NCBI GenBank assembly: GCA_964016885.1
Contig: OZ024741.1
Location: 275,714,001-275,778,000, forward strand
DNA length: 64,000 nt
Direction: 5' to 3'
From: Eledone cirrhosa
Taxonomy: Eukaryota
In this document: positions 39,501 through 54,100 of the stretch, one piece after another
How the letters are laid out: the number at the start of each line of letters is the position of its first letter
Position numbering within the stretch: the first letter of the stretch is position 1
Translations under genes and position numbers: made by a program
The notes under the pieces: generated by a model
The model's input: only the letters and a program-made list of their open reading frames with translations
Databases searched by the model: none
Told to the model about the DNA's origin: nothing

Positions 39501-42500
39501 CTGGTACTTTATTTTATCAACCCTGTAAGGATGAAAGGCAAAGTTAACTTCGGCGGGATTTAGCCGAAAATAAAATAAAATATAAAATTCAAAAATACAT
39601 GTCACTGGACTGGTATTTCGTGTTTTATATTTATTGTAGTCCCTATCTTCAATGACATGTATTTTTGAATTTTATATTTATTTGATTAGCTTGTACGCAT
39701 AAATTTGATATATCATCATCATCATTTAATGTTCGTTTTCCACACTAACATGGGTTAGACCAGTTGTCCGGACATTGTGTGACAGATCAGATGGAAGGAA
39801 AAAGACTGTATGTCCACAAACTCTCTACCCTATGGGGAGGAGGGAGGGTTTAGAAAATATGTCATATAATTAAATAAGATAAATAGAACAGAAATCATAA
39901 TTACCTTTCAGGTAGGTTTTCTCATGTCTTACAGCAATGTATGACCTCCAATGTGTATAGGTCAGTCGAATAAGGAACCAATTTTTGTGTAGCAGAGCTT
40001 TCTCACAGAGATCTATCTCTGATCTGATGTCTTCACTAGCCTCACACCAGATCTTCCAAGCCTGTCAGATATAACATAAGATTTATATATAACACAAGTA
40101 TACACTCACACATATATATAACACAAGTATACATACACACACACATATATATAACACAAGTATACATACACACACAGATATATATAACACAAGTATACAT
40201 ACACACACATATATATAACACAAGTATACATACACACACACATATATAACACAAGTATACACACACACACATATATATAACACAAGTATACATACACACA
40301 CACATATAACACAAGTATACACATACACACATATATATAACACAAGTATACACACATATATATAACACAAGTATACATACATACACATATATAACACAAG
40401 TATACATACACATATATATATATATATATATAACACAAGTATACACACACACATATATATAACACAAGTATACATACACACACACATATATATAACACAA
40501 GTATACATACACACACACATATATATAACACAAGTATACATACACACACATATATATAACACAAGTATACATATACACACACATATATAACACAAGTATA
40601 CACACACACACATATATAACACGAGTATACATACACACACATATATAACACAAGTATACATACACACACATATATAACACATATATATATATATATAACA
40701 CAAGTATACATACACACATATATAACACAAGTATACATACACACAGATATAACACAAGTATACATACACACACATATATAATACAAGTATACATAGACAC
40801 ACACACATCATCATCATCACCGTTTTACGTCCGTTCTTCCACGCTAGCATGGGTTAGACAGGTTGTCCTGTTGTGGGCAGTGTCCAGTCGGCTGACCTTG
40901 TCTTGCTCATACGGGAACTGATTCTGGCTTGATTTCTACAGCTGGATGCCCTTCCTAACACCAACCTCATTTACAGTGTGGGCTGGGTGTTTTTTTGCCG
41001 TGGCACCTCCACGACCACTTTACAGTGGGAGGGTGAGGGAGCATATTGTCTATATGCTTCAGCTTCGGCTTGTACCCGTGGGGAGTCGGGTATTCTGTAT
41101 TACTGCATGACATCAGAGGTCATGTGTCAGCGCCTTTGAGAGGTGTAATTGGGTAAGGTCGGCTTTTATCAACTCATCCTAGGTCTTCTTGGGTCTCCCC
41201 ACTCCGCGGTTTCCATCGACTTCTAGTGTTCTGCACCTTTTTATGCAGCTGTCATCCTTCATACGCATCACATGTCCATACCAACGCAACCGCCTCTACT
41301 GCACACAGCATTTGATTCCTTTTATGCTCACTCTCTCTCTCAAATCATTTATGTTTTGCCGTCCGCGTATATTACTATTACACATCCATCGGAGTATGCA
41401 GGCTTCATTTCTTTCTAATCTACGCAAGTCTTCTACATTCAGCACCCAGGTCTCACTACCATGTAACATTGCTGTTCGTATACACGCATCATACAGTCTG
41501 CCTTTCATTTTGAGGGAGAAGCCTTTTGCAGCTAGCAGTGGCAGTAGCTCCCTGAACTTCTTCCATCCCGTTTTTACCCTAGTTATTGTACTTTCTGAAC
41601 AGCCACCTCCGCTGCTAATTTGGTCACCTAGGTAGCAGAAGCTGTCTACTGTTTCAACAGAGCCCTCCCAGAGTTTGGCGGTACTTGTTTCCTGTGGCTG
41701 TTTGCTGTCCCAGCACAGCTGCTACATGTGAAGCCTACATTCTTAGTTAAGCTTCCTGAGATCCCGCTACATCTCTTGTGTACCCATTGTTTGCATTCGG
41801 GGCAGGGAATGGAGTTCCTACCTACACCTTTGCTACATACTGAGCAAGGCCATTTCCCTGAGAGGATCTGGGTTCTGTTTTCTCGTCTACTTACAAGGAC
41901 CTTAGTCTTTGTCAGGTTGACTTTGAGACCCTTTCTTTCTAGTCCCTGCTTCCAAGTTTGGAATTTCTTCTCTAGTTCTACCATAGATTCAGCTATAAGT
42001 GCGAGGTCATCTGCATACAGGAGTTCCCATGGGCATCCAGTCTTAAACTCCTCCGTTATTGCCTGCAGGACTACGATGAACAGGAGAGGGTTAAGAACAG
42101 AGCCCTGGTGGACACCGACCTGTACGCTAAATTCCTCGCTATACTCATTGCTAATCCTAACTTTACTGACTGCTCCCCTATACATGGCTTGTACAGCTTT
42201 CACAAGCCATTCATCTACTCCTAGTTTTCTAAGAGCCCACCAGATTATAGCATGTGGAACTCTGTCAAAGGCTTTCTCGAGATCGACGAATGCCAGGTAG
42301 AGTGGCTTACTTTTAGCTAGGTACTTTTCCTGTAACTGCTGCCCAAGGAAGAGGGCATCAGTGGTGCCTCTTCCTGGTACAAACCCAAATTGCATCTCAT
42401 CTAGTTTCACCCAGTCCCTAATCAACTGTGCTATAACTTTTTCTGTTACTTTCATGACCTGGTCCACCAGCTTTATACCGCTATAGTTTCCTCTATCTAG

Positions 42501-45500
42501 TGCATCACCTTTACCTTTGTAACAGTTGACAATGATGCTACTGCACCAATCCTTTGGTATGACACCTTCTAGTATTACCTGGTTAACAATACGTGGTTAT
42601 AGTGTGACCTACTGACCCAGATGCCTTCAGCATCTCGGCAGCTATACCCGATGGACCGGTTGCCTTCCCCGTCTTCATATCTTTGATTGCCTTACTTACT
42701 ACGCTGCTGCTGACTTGTACTGCCGGCCCCTCTATAGGGTCTACTTGGGTTAGGGTCTCTTGTTCCCATGCATTCTCCTCATTTAGTAATCTATCATCAT
42801 GGCTCTTCCACGCATCTTTCTTCTCAGCACTTGTGAGGGCAAGCTCACCTTTATCATTCCGGATACACTTCTCTCCAATGACATCACATTCTCTTTGACA
42901 GACTGCCTTGCAATCTTGAACACCTCCTGTTTCTGGACCTCACGTTGCAAAACATGCTTGAATTTTCTATCCTCTGCTTCCCTCCTAGCTAAGTATACTT
43001 GTTGCCTAGCTTCCCTCCTGGTCTCTATGTAATGTACCCTGCTTCCCTCGTTCTTCCATTCTTTCCATGCCTGTCTCTTGGCCTTAACTGCCTCATCTAC
43101 CTTATTGTTCCACCACCAAGTCACTCTCCTCCTGCTTGTGGTCTTAATCCAGTCACAGATCTCATCCGTCGCCTCTAGTAAGTTATTTTTTAAGAACTCC
43201 CAGTGCTCTTCTACATTGAATGTCTCTATCTGTTCTTTACTGTTGTAGGCATTGAATAAAATATCTTTAAATCTGTTACTGGCTGAGGGGTCTTTCAGCT
43301 TCCAGATCTTTCTTCTCCAGGTTGGCCTCTGTTTCCAGGTTTGTCTAGTTCTGACCGTGAGGTCGCTGACAACTAAGCTATGTTGGGAGGTATATTTCTC
43401 ACTAGGGAAGGCTTTTGTGTTTATGACTGTCCATCTGTCACGTCCTCTGATGAGGATAAAATCTATCTGATTAGAATGCTCCCCTGATCTATAGGTGATC
43501 AGGTGGTTGTCGGGTTTTTTGAAGTTTGTGTTACATATCTATAATATTATATTGTGCTACATATCTATAATATTATAAAGCTGAGCGTTGTATGTATGTA
43601 TCCTACACACCTCCCTATAGTTTCTTAGCTTTACTCTTTCCGTCGCTCTTCCCTCTCTCTACAATAGATCATTCTTCCTCTCTATAATTTAACTGCTTTA
43701 CTCTCTCTGTCGCTCTTCACTCTCTATATGACAACACTGTTTTAGTTTCCGTATCTCCCTTCAATATATACACATAGAGAGAGAGAGAGAAAGAAAGAGA
43801 GAGAGAGAAAGAGAGATTTAGAGAAAGATTAGGAAAACTACACACACACATCTACAGAGAGAGACAGAAAAACAGAGGGGGGGGGAAGAGAGAGATAGGC
43901 CGTTAGACAGAGAGAGATACAATTAGAGTGTTAGTTATTGAGAGAGAGAGAGAGAGAGGGACCAGCAAGTGACCGAATTTCCAATGACGTTAAATCAAGT
44001 ATCGGCATTAAAATAATTTTGAAATAAACAATGTGTATGATCAAATGTAGCGGTGATTGAAAAATAACGTTAATTACAGTGGTATATCTTTCATCTGTCG
44101 TGGTTCGCATAACACACACACACACACATACTTTCCCACCTGATTTCGCCAATTGCCGGAAAACATCAAAACAAAACACACAGACACACACATGCACACA
44201 TTCACATACACACATTCACATACACAAACACACACACACATCTATACTTATAAAGCTGACAGTCGTATATATGTATGCAGGGCCGTCTTAACAGCATTAT
44301 AGGCCCCCGGGCAAAGCAGAGCACTGTGGCCCCTATTGACAGCAAGTCGCTACATACATAGATTAGCATGGGTCCCCTATCCTCGTGGGGCCCCCGGGCA
44401 ACTGCCCAGCCTGCCCATGCGTTAAGACGGCCCTGTATGTATGGTATGTATATTAACAACACAGCTTAATTCTTTCTTTTTAAACTCATTTCTACGGTAG
44501 CTCCTCCCCTTTGCTACGAAGTTGGAAGGACAATGTGACACGGGAGGGTGTGTGGTATCTTTGCAGTGGCGTGGTGGGGGCAGGTATACCTGGCCGAGCG
44601 CCAGCCGGACGGGCCAGCTAGTATATATATATAACACAAGTATACATACACACACATATATATAACACAAGTATACATACACACACATATATAAACACAA
44701 GTATACATACACACACATATATATAACACAAGTATACATACACACACATATATAACACAAGTATACATACACACACACACATATATATATAACACAAGTA
44801 TACATACACACACATATATATATAACACAAGTATACATACAGACACGTATATATATATAACACAAATATACATATATAACACAAGTATACATACACACAC
44901 ATATATATATAACACAAGTATACATACACACACACGTATATATATATAACACAAGTATACATACACACATACATATATAAACACAAGTATACATACACAC
45001 ACATATATAACACAAGTATACATACACACACATATAACAAGTATACACACACACACACACATATATATATAACACAAGTATACATATACACATACATATA
45101 TAAACACAAGTATACCTACACACACATATAACACAAGTATACATACACACACACATATATATATATATATAACACAAGTATACATACACACATACACACA
45201 TATCATCATCATCATTTTACGTCCGCTTTTCCCTGCTTGCAAGGGCGGGACGGGTCTTATTCAGCACAGCATCTCTCCACTCGTCACAGTCCCTCGTCAT
45301 CTCCACCGTGAGCTTCAATGATCTGAGGTCTGTTCTCACCACCTCCGCCCATCTTTTTCGTGGTCTACCTCTACCACGTCTTCCTTCAACTGGCAATTCC
45401 TGGCACTTCTTCACCCATCGGTCATCCTCCATGCGCATCACATGTCCATACCACCTCAGTCTCCTCTCCCGTACACTACATTCTATCCCTCTCAGACACA

Positions 45501-47070
45501 GTTTCTCTCTCAACACATTTATGCTGGGTCGTTCACGCACATTTACACTGCACATCCAACGGAGCATGCTTGCCTCATTTCTCTCCAGCCGTCGCATATC
45601 CTCTGCAGTTGCTGCCCATGTCTCACTACCATGCAGCATCGCGCTCCTCACACAGGCATCATACAACCGGCCTTTCGTACGCAGGGAGAAACCCTTCTTC
45701 GTCAACAGAGGAAGCAGCTCCCTAAACTTCTTCCAACCCGTCCTTATTCTAGATACTATGGCCTCGGAACACCCTCCTCCCATGCTAATCTGATCTCCTA
45801 GGTACCGGAAGCTATCCACCACTTCTATAGCGCCCTCTTGCATTTGAAAAATGTGTCTATCAGTGCGACTTCTACTGTCTAATTTCCCTGTACATCTACT
45901 GCATACATATTTCTCCCTACCTGCTAGTTTGCCTGCTATCCCGCTACATCTCTTGTGTACCCAGGATCTGCATTGTGTGCATTTTATAGAATTTATGCCA
46001 GTTCCTTTTCTGCATATCGAACATGGTCATTTCCCTGACGGAATCAGGGTTTTGTCCTCTTTTCTACTCATCAACACTTTTGTCTTAGCTAGATTCACTC
46101 TCAGTCCTCTTGCTTCCAACTGCTGTTTCCATAGCCAGAATTTATTCTCTAGCTCCACTACTGATTCTGCTATAAGAACCAGATCGTCAGCATAGAGAAG
46201 TTCCCATGGACAGCCAATCTTAAACTCCTCTGTTATGGCTTGGAGGACTATAATGAACAAGAGCGGGCTGAGGACCGAACCCTGATGTACTCCTACTTGT
46301 ATCTGGAATTCCTCACTAAACTCCATTCCTACCCTGACTTTACTGAGAGTACCTCTGTACAAAGTTTGCACTGTCCTCACAAGCCATTCCTCAACACCTA
46401 GCTTCCTTAGGGACCACCAGATGACAGATCGGGGTACCCTATCAAAGGCCTTCTCTAGGTCAACAAAGGCTAAGTATAGTGGCTTATTCTTCTCTAAGAA
46501 CCTCACTTGCAATTATCTCACCAAGAAGAGGGCATCTGTTGTACTCTTCCCAGGCACAAAACCAAACTGCATCTGATCTAGTTTGACCCTTTCTCTAATT
46601 AGTTGTGCTAAAATCCTTTCTGCCACTTTCATAACCTGATCTATCAGTTTTATACCCCTATAATTGCTCCTCTCCAAAGCATCCCCTTTACCTTTGTAGC
46701 AATTTATGAGAATACTGCTGCACCAGTCTTTGGGTATGACACCACCATATATAGCCTGATTGATGATGCGTGCAACCAGTTTAGTGCCTACGTCCCCTGA
46801 TGCCTTCAGCATCTCAGCAATTATTCCCGATGGTCCGGCAGCCTTACCATTTTTCATTTCCCTAATCGCCTCTTGGACCCTATATTCGTCAATCTCAATA
46901 GCTGGTCCCTCTGTCGGATCCACCAAGGGTAATTTCTCTCTCTCCCATTCGTTCTCCACATTCATCAGTCTCTCATAATGACATTTCCAGGCATCCTTTT
47001 TCTGATCATTCGTGACACTAAGTACACCGGCATCATCCCGGACACACATATATATATATAACACAAGTAT

Positions 47071-47101
<31 letters not shown>

Positions 47102-48075
47102 ACACAAGTATACATACACACACACACATATATATATAACACAAATATACATACACACACATATATAACAAGTATACACACACATATATATGTAACACAA
47201 GTAATAATAGACACACATACATATATATAACAAGTATATACACACATATATAACAAAAGTATACACACACACACATATATATATATATATACATATATGT
47301 ATCATCATCATCATTGTTATTTTAATGTCTGCTTACCCTATATATATATATATATGTATGTATGTATGTATGTAAAAGGTAAACAGAAATAACAACACAA
47401 TCAGTACAGTATATGGAAGGGATATATTAGTTTAACGCTTGATATAGCAGGAAGAGGAACAGGATCTTCTAAATATTTGCTCTATGGTTTTTATATATTT
47501 GATAAATATATCTGATATATATATTATCCTTATCAAACCCTCTTCCGATTTTAGTCTTCACATTTATTATTAATACTATATATTCTAGGGCGGGTAAAAT
47601 TCCCGAGATCCATGGACGAGTTCTCTCCAGCGGTCTCTGTCCCTCATTATCGCTGCCATGTCCTGCGTCTCCAACAGACCAGTGTCTGTCCTTAGGGCAT
47701 CAACATACGTGCTGAAGTGGAGTCTGTGCTGTTGTACGGGTCTGAGACTTGGACACTGACGAAGAAACTCACTCAGATGGTGGGATGGGTGCTACACGAG
47801 AATGGTGAGGATGGCTCTGAACATTAATCAGTATACACTGAGGATGAAGAACTCAGAGCTGTAAGGGAGCCTCCCAAAAGTCAGCTCATAAGTGACACAG
47901 AGGAGACTGAGGTTAGCTGGACATGCTCACCGACATCCAGAGTTGACATTGCACTCAGTGCTCCTGTGGGAGCCCCTACATGGACACACTGGAAGAGGAT
48001 TACTATATATATATATATATATAACCCATGCTAGCGTGGAAGATAGACGTTAAATGATGATGATGATGATATATA

Positions 48076-48108
<33 letters not shown>

Positions 48109-51100
48109 GTATATTGAAATATAAATTGAAGCGTCGCTGTAACATTCACAAAATTATATAGTCTCATAATGGAGCATATAAACCCACTGAATGGAAAAAG
48201 ATACCCATATATGTATGTATCATCATCATCGTTTAACGTCCATCTTCCATGCTAGCATGGATTGGATGCTTTTGTCCCACTTGAGGCAAAATTGGTTGAG
48301 GAGACTGTGTTTCACTTGTACAGAACTGTTTCTGGCAGGTTTTCTATGGCTGGATTAATCATGAATGAATATTATGTAATTTATCTACTAAATTTCATAG
48401 CTCTTGATTAAACATAAATGATCTTATATATATAATTTTCTACTTTTGGCACAAGGCCAGCAATTACCCAGTACATTACTGGTACTTTATTTTATCGACC
48501 ACGTAAGGATGAAAGGCAAAGTTAACCTCAGTGGGATTTGAACTCAGAATGGCAAGGGTCGTAACTCTATGCTGCAAAGCATGGCGTCCGACCCTCTACC
48601 GATACTGCCAATCGACCACCTATATAATGTATTGCTTATTTCAAAATCAACTTCTGTTAAAATGTTTGTATTTGTTCTAGGTCTATCTATGTTCAGATTT
48701 ATGTATTTGTCTTATTTACATATATACACAAATAGTTTATGCGGGATGCCCCTCAACATCTCCAGCTAATAGTGACCTGAGAGTCAGTACATACATATAT
48801 AAACTCACACACACACATAAACAGATATACAAGCAAACACACACACAGACATTGACATTCACAGTTTTCCTCTGAAAGGATGAGAAATTCATCCCCCTCT
48901 CTAACCCCCATAGTTTGTCAAACCAAGTCCTCTAAACCCTGATTAACATAATCGCCCCCCCCCCCCCACACCACCACCATCTATTGCCAATTCCCATCAC
49001 ACCCCTGAGATAAAACAAGGTTATCATACATACAGAACTGAGGAGATGTGAGTGATACAGTGATGTGGCTATCCTCTCTTGTTCTTTCCAGTTAGCTGCA
49101 ATCTCTATTTCTTGTAACCAGTGTGACCAGCAATGCCTGTAAAGATGATGTCAACAATAACAACTGTTTCTACTTTAGGCACAAGGCCAGCAATTTGAAG
49201 GGGAGGAGGGGAAAGTTGATTAAATCGAACCCAGTGCATTACTGGTACTTTATTTTATCGACCCCCATAAGGATGAAAGGCAAAGCTGACCTCGGAGGTT
49301 TTGAACTCAGAATGTAAAGGGCCGTAACTCTATGCCATAAAGCATGTTGTCTGACGCTCTACCAATTACTGCCAATCCACAAATAATAATAATAATTAAA
49401 AAAACTAAACTTGAATCTTAAGAGTGGAAATGTTACAAAAACCTTGTCTGCTTGGGAACGGCTAGGATGATTTGAAAGGTATTGGATACAAACCAAAAAG
49501 AAGGAAACAACATCAAGATACCTAAGATCACTGAATGTGGTCCACTATCTTGACTATATCAGGAATTAAGATCAATACTGAGGGAGGACAAAATAATAAT
49601 ATTAATGATTTCTTTATTAATTACTAAGGGTTTATGTTAAGAAAACATTAAAATGCCATGACAAAACTTTGAGTGTGTGTGTATGTGTGTGGGTTTTGCT
49701 TGTAAACAAGTTTAACGAAATAAAAAGGGAGGTTTCAATTAAAATTTTAACAATAAGTATTCCTCTATAGGGAGAAAACAACCGAGGGCTATTTGTGGAA
49801 AAAAAAACCCTAAAACCACAATCTCACTGACCACTAGGGCAAGTGCCTTCTCTTAGTTCTTCAGCTCCGATTTAAAGGTGTATATTCAGGGCAGGTCCAT
49901 TCACTCAGACCAACGATGCTTGCCACTATCGTTCACCTTTCAACAAAATGGCTGAAAGGCAACACTTCCTTCCCCGCCCTGATTTTCCTCTTCTTAAAGA
50001 AATTGATGAGGGATCCACCAAAGAGGAAAGTGTTTGTCTTCAACTCCTTCAATTGTGTCCACCATACAACCTCTTTCATCATGGCCACAAGGCATGCAAG
50101 AACTGCCTACTCTTCCTAGTTAAAAGAAGGTGGTGAGGCAATCCACCATCCTTAATGTAGTTGTTTCAATGTAAATGACCATAATAATAGTTGATCTCTA
50201 TAAATAATCATTTAGAAAATTGGGTAAATTACACCTGGAGATGGAAAAATGTAGCCAGAGGCAGCTGTAAGGAATTGAACACATCTCTTGGGTACCTGGC
50301 AAGTGAGTTAACTATTACGTTAAGGGCCAATAATAATAATGGTTTCTAATTTAGGCACAAGGCCAACAACTTTGAGAGAGGGGAAAAGTCAATTAAATTG
50401 ACCCCAGTGCATTACTGGTACTTTATTTTATCGACACTGTAAGGATGAAAGGCAAAGCTAACCATGCAGAATTTGAACTCAGAACATAAAGAACTAGAAA
50501 CAATATAATAATAATAACAATAATAAAAATAAGCAGTGAGTTGGTAGAATCGTTAGAGCATCGAATCAAATGTTTTGCAGTAAATTCAAATCACACCAAG
50601 GTCAACTTTGCCTTTCATCCTTTTAGGGTAGATAAATAAAGTACCAGTCTAGGAAGGATGGATTAGTAAAATTGCTAAACAGTCAGACAGGATCCTTTGA
50701 GGGTTTCTGTTCTAACACTAGTTTCTGAGTTGAAACTCTGACTCAGAAAATCATTCTATCTGACATTCAAATGAGTTTGTCAACTCATTATTTGAAACAA
50801 TGACACTGTAATGGTGGCCATTGTTGATTATAATGCTGATGGTAGGTTAGTGAAACAAAAGCTGCAGAAATATTAAGATGTGTCTTACCTGAGTAGTGTA
50901 TGATTATGGAAATCCTGGGCAAGATGTGACATCTGGCATTTATTGTTTCGCATCACTATGTAATGTCTCCACTGTGTTAAACTTTTCTGCTTTAAATATC
51001 TGGTGTCTGTTGTAAGAAGTAAACAGTTTAGTGAGGTGAGGGTTTTATCATTAACAGTATTTGTAGTATTAATGGTACATCTTACAATTGTCTTGGAGAG

Positions 51101-54100
51101 GGCAGAACTGGATTACACAGAACTAGTTTGGACTGCCCTAAAATAGACTAGACTAAGGGTGGATCAGACAAGAGAAGATTTGGTTAATAAGCATGACTAA
51201 AGCAGTCAATTTAGCAGAGTCATTAGAGCATTGTATATTTCTTCCAAGTCTCTGCATTCTGATGATGATGATATTTATGTTGGATGCCTGTAGTTGCCAT
51301 TTGTAATCAGCTTGTGTTTCCAATGCTGTGGACTCACTAGTTCAAGCTAGCTCCACTCACTTCAGGTGAACACTGACAAGTGTAGAAATAAATACTAGAC
51401 TACACAGGACTGAAGGACATTGCATTACATCGGAGACAACAGAGCTGAACTGATTTGATGTAAGAAGCATTGTAGCAAACTTGATAGGACAAGACTAGGC
51501 TTAATAGGACTGGAAAAGTTTAGTTTAAGTAAAGTTAGATTAAACTGAACTGGTTATGAGCAGAATAAAACTACACTAGACTGAACTGAACCAAACTAGA
51601 TAGGACTGGAAAAGATAGGCTTAAGTAAGATTAAATTAGATTGAAACGAGATAGATAGGACTGGAAAAGGTTAGCTTAAGTAAGGGTAGATAGACTGAAC
51701 TGAAGTAGTTAGGGGTGAAGCTCTGTGGATTAATCAGGTTGTGACTGGACTGGACAGAGCTGGCTAAATCTGGCTTGGAGCACAAAGCAACACTACACCA
51801 ATTTCAATGGGATTAGAGTGAACAATTCTGGTATACATTGGTCTGAAAAGAGTTAGGTTATGTAACAGTAACCTAGAAAGCCAGCTTAATTCTTGAAACC
51901 CATCAATAAATACCTAACAATAACTGGAAGGACCCAAAGGAAATGTGAACCTAAAAGATTATTGATTCACCCCACAAAAAAGTTTCATCTTTGATAGAAC
52001 AGTCACAGGTCATCACATGGAATGGTACTGTAGGTCTGGGTCAGTCTATTATATCTGATTTTAACACATGGCAAACAGGTTAGATATAGATATATGTGAT
52101 CTACAGATGAGGGGGGATGAAAGGAAGAAAATATGTAGAATTATAAGAGGAAGAAAGAAAAAGGAAGAAAAAGAACAACATCAATAGCTACAATAACAAC
52201 AGCTAGAACAACAAGAACAAAAACAGCTGCTGTTACAACCACAAAAGTGAAAACAAGAAGAGCTACAACAGCTACAACAATAGCACCACTGCCACTGCCA
52301 CCACCACCACCAACACCACTGCCACCAACAACAACAGCAACAACACCAACAACATCAACAACAATACCAACAACTCCACCCAGCAACAACAACTCCAACA
52401 GCAACAAGAACAACACCAACAACTTAACTCCACCAACAATAACTCCACCACTTAACTTACAATGTGTGGAGGCCAGTGCCAGTCTCGACCTCTTCTTTTT
52501 ATTCAGAGTAACAAACATCTTCCACCTGTGTAGTACTTTCACACGTTGGTGATACCTGTGAAATAACAAAGATTTATGTTTAACTCTTTAACATTTAAAC
52601 CGGCTGTATTCGGCCAGAATTCTCTCACCTCTTTCTGTTAAAACCGGCTGTAACTGGCTATAACTTGCAGCTCATACTGATGTTAAGGTATTGTTCTTAA
52701 AATAAATAATATCAAAATCTCATAGATTCAATATTATGTGAGGTAAAGCCTTTACCATGAAAATACAATAGTAAATATAGAGGTATGTAAATGCTATGTG
52801 AGATATTATGTGAGGTAAAGCCTTTACCATGAAAATACAATAGTAAATATAGAGTAATGTAAATAATATATGAGATATTATGTGAGATAATTATGTGAGG
52901 TAAAGCCTTTACCATGAAAATACAATAGTAAATATAGAGTAATGTAAATAATATGTGAGATATTATGTGAGATAATTATGTGAGGTAATTATGTGAGGTA
53001 AAGCCTTTACCATGAAAATACAATAGTAAATATAGAGTAATATAAATAATATGTGAGATAATTATGTGAGGTAAAGCCTTTACCATGAAAATACAATAGT
53101 ATATATAGAGTAATGTAAATGCTAAAGGGTTAAAGGTGTAAGGAGGAGGAGGAGAGCAAGTGTATAGTTGATAAAATATCTCTGACCCCTATTATAATGA
53201 TTTCTGATTTAGACACAAGGCCAAGAATTTGGGGGAGGGGAAAGTCAACTAAATCAACATCAGTATGTTACTGGTACTTTATTTTATAGACCTTGTAATG
53301 CTTATTTTGGTAAGATAAGAAAGTCAATTAAATAGACCCCAGTGTGTTGCTGGTACTTTATTTAATGGATCCCATAAAACTAATCTCAGCAGCATTTGAA
53401 ATCAGTATGTAAAGGAATGTAACTATATGCCACGAAGCATGTGGTCCGACGCTCTACCGATTACTGCCAATCCACCGACCTTCTGACCTCCATTATACTA
53501 TTGTATAATGGATGTCAAAATGAGAGTCAAATAAAGCAGAATTTGAAAATAGAAATACTATACGATACAGAACATCACACTTTATTAAATCAAATACTAT
53601 ACTGTACTATATTATACAGTACCATGGTACTATAGCACACTGTACTATATCATACACTATACTGTACTATATTATACACTACCACAGTACTATATCACAC
53701 TGTACTATATCATACACTATACTATACCACACTGTACTGCAGCATGTTGTACTATATTATACTCCACACAGTACTATACCACAATGTACTATATCATACA
53801 CTGCCATACATAACAGTACTAAAATACACTGCCATACACAACACAGTACTAAAATACACTGCCATACACAACATAGTACTAAAATACACTGCCATACACA
53901 ACCCAATACTAAAAAACACAGCCATACACAACATAGTACTAAAATACACTGCCATACACAACCCAATACTAAAATACGCTGCCATACACAACACAGTACT
54001 AAAAAACACAGCCATACACAACACAGTACTAAAATACATTGCCATACACAACACAGTACTAAAATACATTGCCATACACAACACAGTACTAAAATACACT

